64,000 nucleotides of DNA, taken from Lingula anatina. Lineage: Eukaryota > Animalia > Brachiopoda. A program made the position numbers and the translations under genes. Location: NCBI GenBank assembly GCA_051362555.1, contig CM120646.1, positions 806,001 to 870,000 on the forward strand, given 5' to 3'. Within the stretch, counting starts at the first letter, position 1, and each line of letters starts with the position of its first letter. The notes under the pieces are model-generated. The model searched no databases and was not told the origin of the DNA. It saw only the letters and a program-made list of their open reading frames with translations. Shown here piece after piece: positions 60,693-64,000 of the stretch.

Positions 60693-63600
60693 TTAATGCA
60701 AGGGTGAACGCGTCGGAGGTCCGAAAGGAGAAGGTTCCGCTCTGAGCCAAGGTGTGTTCCTGCGGAATCCGTAAGGGCCGTGGTATCCGATGACCGGCTT
60801 TACCCCCTGCATAAACTGAGAGTGACCATCTACATCTTCACTGGAGTGACCTAAAATACAACAAACAGAACACCAATTAAAAATATACGCTCTGATTTAA
60901 GAAAAGGAACATTTCGGGGTCTATCAATAATATATGATAGATGTACATTTCTAGAAAAACTAATAACCTATTATTTCTACTTCAAGTAAAGGTATAGTCT
61001 TCTCTCCGCCCTAAAATATGTCTCAAAATCGTTTTTTCGTCTAATACACTATCACTTTGCAGGGTATTAAGGCATAAAAATATGACCTGGGAGATTTTCA
61101 GAAGCGTATATATACCTCTTTTAAGCCAGACAACTCACCTGCTCCAAATTGGTTTCTTAGAACTAAATACTGATGTCCTGCACCTGCCTCGTGGAACCTG
61201 TCCATCACTTTGCCTTCTATTGAGCAGCCGCCATTTTCCTGGAAACAAGGAGGAAAAGTTTCTTATATTCATTTCAAAGAAAAAGTGATTATAGCTGGTT
61301 TCCTGTTCTCACTCTCCCAAGAAAGGACGCAGTCCATCTGTCGTACTAGGCGAACTGCGACATCATACAGGGTTGCTACTTAATATGGAATATTTTTTAT
61401 CATTGTTATTTTTGAGTGCTGATTAAAATTTTTTTGGCTTGAGTCATTAAAAAAGTATGTCACTGAGTGATAATAACATCCAGTCTTCTGTTGTGAGATA
61501 TTTTGTTCAATGATATTAAATCTGACATAAGATGCCATTCAAAAGAAAGGAACACCCCCAGAAAACCATATCAACAGTTTGATGTCAGTATAAACTTTGA
61601 GATAAGATATTAAAGAAAATGATAGCCTCCGGACAGTGATATGTTACACAGTCAAAGAACTCACTACAGTAAATCATGAAAAGTCAGTAATTGCGGGTAT
61701 GACCTCCAGCAGCCGCTTGCAGCGCCCTCATCCTACATGGCATACCCTGTGACACGTTTTTTAGAGTTTGGCTGGGGATATCATTCCACGCAGTGATATT
61801 TGCCTGTCGCAGTTCATCACTATTTCCCGGCCGAGGACCATAGCTATTAATTCTGTGAGTTACTTCCGCCCACAGATTTTCAATTGGGTTCATATCTGGA
61901 GACTTTGCAGGCCAGGGCAGTTGCTGAACCCATTGGTTTCGAAGAAAAACAGTGATTCTGCGGCCTCGATGTGGGGTTGCGCAGTCGTCTTGGTACACAA
62001 AGTTGTTCCTGAAGATGACTCTTACCAATCGAAGCATTGTTTGCTGTAGAATGTTTCTGTAGGAATCCTGGATGAGGTTGCCTCCTAGAAAAACCAACTG
62101 GTTCTGGGCACCAACATGAAATGCTCCCCAAACAGAGACGTTACCATCCCCTGCTTGCACCCTAGGCAGTACACAATCATCGGTTTATGTCCCTCGTACA
62201 CGTCGGTGGACACGAATTCGACGATCAACCCTAAAAAATCCATATCTGGCCTCATCACTGAAAACGACGTGATTCCAGTGTTTTGGCTGCAAACGCACGT
62301 GGTCCCCAGCCCATTGCAGACGTCGCTGTATATGACCTCCTGTTAACAGTGGTTTCCCTACTGGCCTTTGTGCAAAATAACCGGCTTGCAGTAATCTCTT
62401 GTTCACGAGGGACCTTGAAACGGGCGTTTGAATGACATTCTGCCTCTCTTTTCTGAGGACACTGTTTGTCTTTGTACGACCAGCACGGCGTCCTCTAGGG
62501 AGAAGGCGATCCTGTCTTCTTGGTGTGATACGCGGACACCCTGGTCGAGGTATTGGAGTAGGTGCCCCTGTTGCAGCAATTCTTTGGAGGACTTCACAAA
62601 CGGTTCCTTTATAAATGTTGAATTACCTGGCAATGGCTGTCCGTTTCTGGCCATTTTCTCTTAGAGCAAGAATCCCATAGTAAGCTGCGTTGCTTAGCTG
62701 TCGAACCATATCTTCACTAATGTACCTGCCAAGTTTCAGAGCGATCCCTTTGTTGCTTCTCTAAACACACTCCAAAGATTGACCACACCCATGCGTTTTT
62801 ATACAAGGGCAGAAATTGCCGAAAAGACCACCCCTCACATTTCTGACCACAGAACATGCAACTGCATGCATCAATTGTTTCGAGAGTTGTGTGGTAATTA
62901 GGTAACACACCTGGCTACACATGGAGTGACACCTCAGCTTTGGATTTAAAGTAGTTAGAGAGAAATTAAATATTTTGTAGAAAATTTACTCGCCAAAAAA
63001 TAATATTCCATATTAAGTGGTAACCCTGTAGCTACGTATATATTCTTGCTCCAGAAACATCGTGCGTTTTTACACTGCCATTGCTTTTCACATTTGTGAT
63101 AAGACTGAACTCGGTAAAATAACGCCATGACCTGTTTGGTGGTGGTGGGTGGCAGAGGGGGGGGGGGGGGGAGGGGACACCCTGTACGGTGGTAGTTGGG
63201 GGGCATCCTGTGTAATGGTGGAGGGGGGCACAATGTGTGGTTGGGGGGACACCCTGTGAAATGATGGCAGACGCCCTTTGTGGAGGGCGGGGGGACACCC
63301 TATGAGGTGGTGGTGGGGGGGGGGGGGGCACCTAGTGTGGTGATGGGGGGGGGGGGCGGCACCTAGTGTGGTGGGGAAGAAATTAGCCTGTCTGGTGGTC
63401 ATGTTCAATCTGAAACTCGATCTCGTGTGCATAACTAGCTAGAACTATTATATGATGTGTGTGTGAGTGTGTGTTTGTGTGTGTGTGTGTGTCAGAACCC
63501 TTACCTGGTCATAAAACTTGAGACTCTGTGGCACGCTGTGAAACCCAAAATACGGTCTGGCATGTTTATCCTTCTGACCATTATAAGGAGGGACGACCGG

Positions 63601-63882
63601 TCCCACCTTGGGGTTGGCCTTAGCATAGTCCCCGGCTATACTTCCACACGCTATATTGTCCCGTATGAACCCCTTCTCCATGGCCAGCATTTCCTCGGGT
63701 GGGGGGGTCGGGGGTGTGCGGTAGATTTTGTTGGCACGCGACTTCCTCGGCGAGCGAGGAGAGCGGGGCGCTGATGCCACGCTGTGTCGGGGACTGTCCC
63801 GTCTCGGGCTGCTTTGACGGGGGCTTTCAGCGGGCTTAGGACTCCCTGCCGTTGGACTTCCTGGGTTTTCCTCGTCTGCCAT
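60693..63882 (-). CDS. SPMAP1: C17orf98/SPMAP1-like protein (DUF4542, sperm/ciliary microtubule-associated), 3 coding exons, about 211 aa
   Basis: Exons 63882-63505, 61238-61139 and 60850-60693 with GT/AG and matching phases. Motifs EKGFIRDNIAC, YAKANPKVGPVVPPYNGQKDKHARPYF, GHQYLVLRNQFGAGHS, GYHGPYGFRRNTPWLR match recalled human C17orf98 (EKGFILDGVAV, AIPPYNAQQDYHARSYF, GFNGRFGYRRNTPALR). Confidence 0.88.
61368..63028 (-). mobile_element. Full-length Tc1-family DNA transposon (1,661 bp) in intron 1 of the SPMAP1-like gene
   Basis: TIRs CAGGGTTGCTACTTAATATGGAATATT / AATATTCCATATTAAGTGGTAACCCTG; TA duplication at 61366-61367 and 63029-63030; internal transposase. Confidence 0.93.
61684..62709 (-). 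pseudogene. Tc1 DD34E transposase, 341 codons, two in-frame nonsense codons
   Basis: Single frame from ATG 62709 (MVRQLSNAA...RPGCPRIT) through WNHVVFSDEA, YQDDCATPH and WPAKSPDMNPIENLW (34 residues between D and E). TAA at 62625-62623 and 62187-62185. Confidence 0.9.
63138..63376. repeat. G-rich degenerate minisatellite (GGTGG...G-run...GCACC/GACACCCT), G-quadruplex-prone
   Basis: About 9 units with long G runs. Confidence 0.8.
63456..63492. repeat. (GT)n microsatellite
   Basis: Directly visible. Confidence 0.9.
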
Positions 63883-64000
63883 GTTTACTGTATGTCACGT
63901 ACCACAGCTAGATTGACGAACAAATTGAATGGTTTTGTCCCGTATTATCTTCCTGGGGCTGTTTAATTACTCGGTTCTTTAGCTAAAACAGTGCCAATAT

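Noticed and set aside
62955-63432. Poly-proline ORFs on the - strand
   Set aside because: They are translations of the G/C-run repeat inside an intron.

Overview
Eukaryotic, intron-rich, AT-rich invertebrate genomic DNA. A lophotrochozoan or mollusc origin is plausible but cannot be proven from the sequence. The window is dominated by a complete cubilin (CUBN) gene on the + strand (ATG 8829 to TGA 57688, about 68 exons per transcript, about 3,700 aa). It has a signal peptide, the RQKR furin site, an amnionless-docking N-terminus, a coiled-coil stalk, 8 EGF domains and 27 CUB domains. To its left, on the - strand and head-to-head, is an uncharacterised secreted PAN/Cys-rich/TSP1 gene that runs off the window. 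To its right, on the - strand and tail-to-tail, is a 3-exon C17orf98/SPMAP1-like gene with a full-length but nonsense-inactivated Tc1 (DD34E) element in intron 1. The most notable observation is an apparent alternative-splicing system in cubilin: (i) two phase-incompatible paralogous exons for the C-terminal half of CUB21, one with and one without the Ca2+-ligand Asp; (ii) two 39-nt paralogous stalk exons separated by only 54 nt; (iii) two further phase-0 stalk cassette exons, one with its splice donor amplified about 7-fold as a 52-bp minisatellite; and (iv) recurrent dead copies of acceptor plus exon start placed just upstream of real exons. Introns also carry Tourist/PIF-type MITEs, a 6-bp-TSD element with 110-bp TIRs, and many microsatellites. 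Exon coordinates were derived by hand from GT/AG boundaries and frame continuity, not from transcript data.
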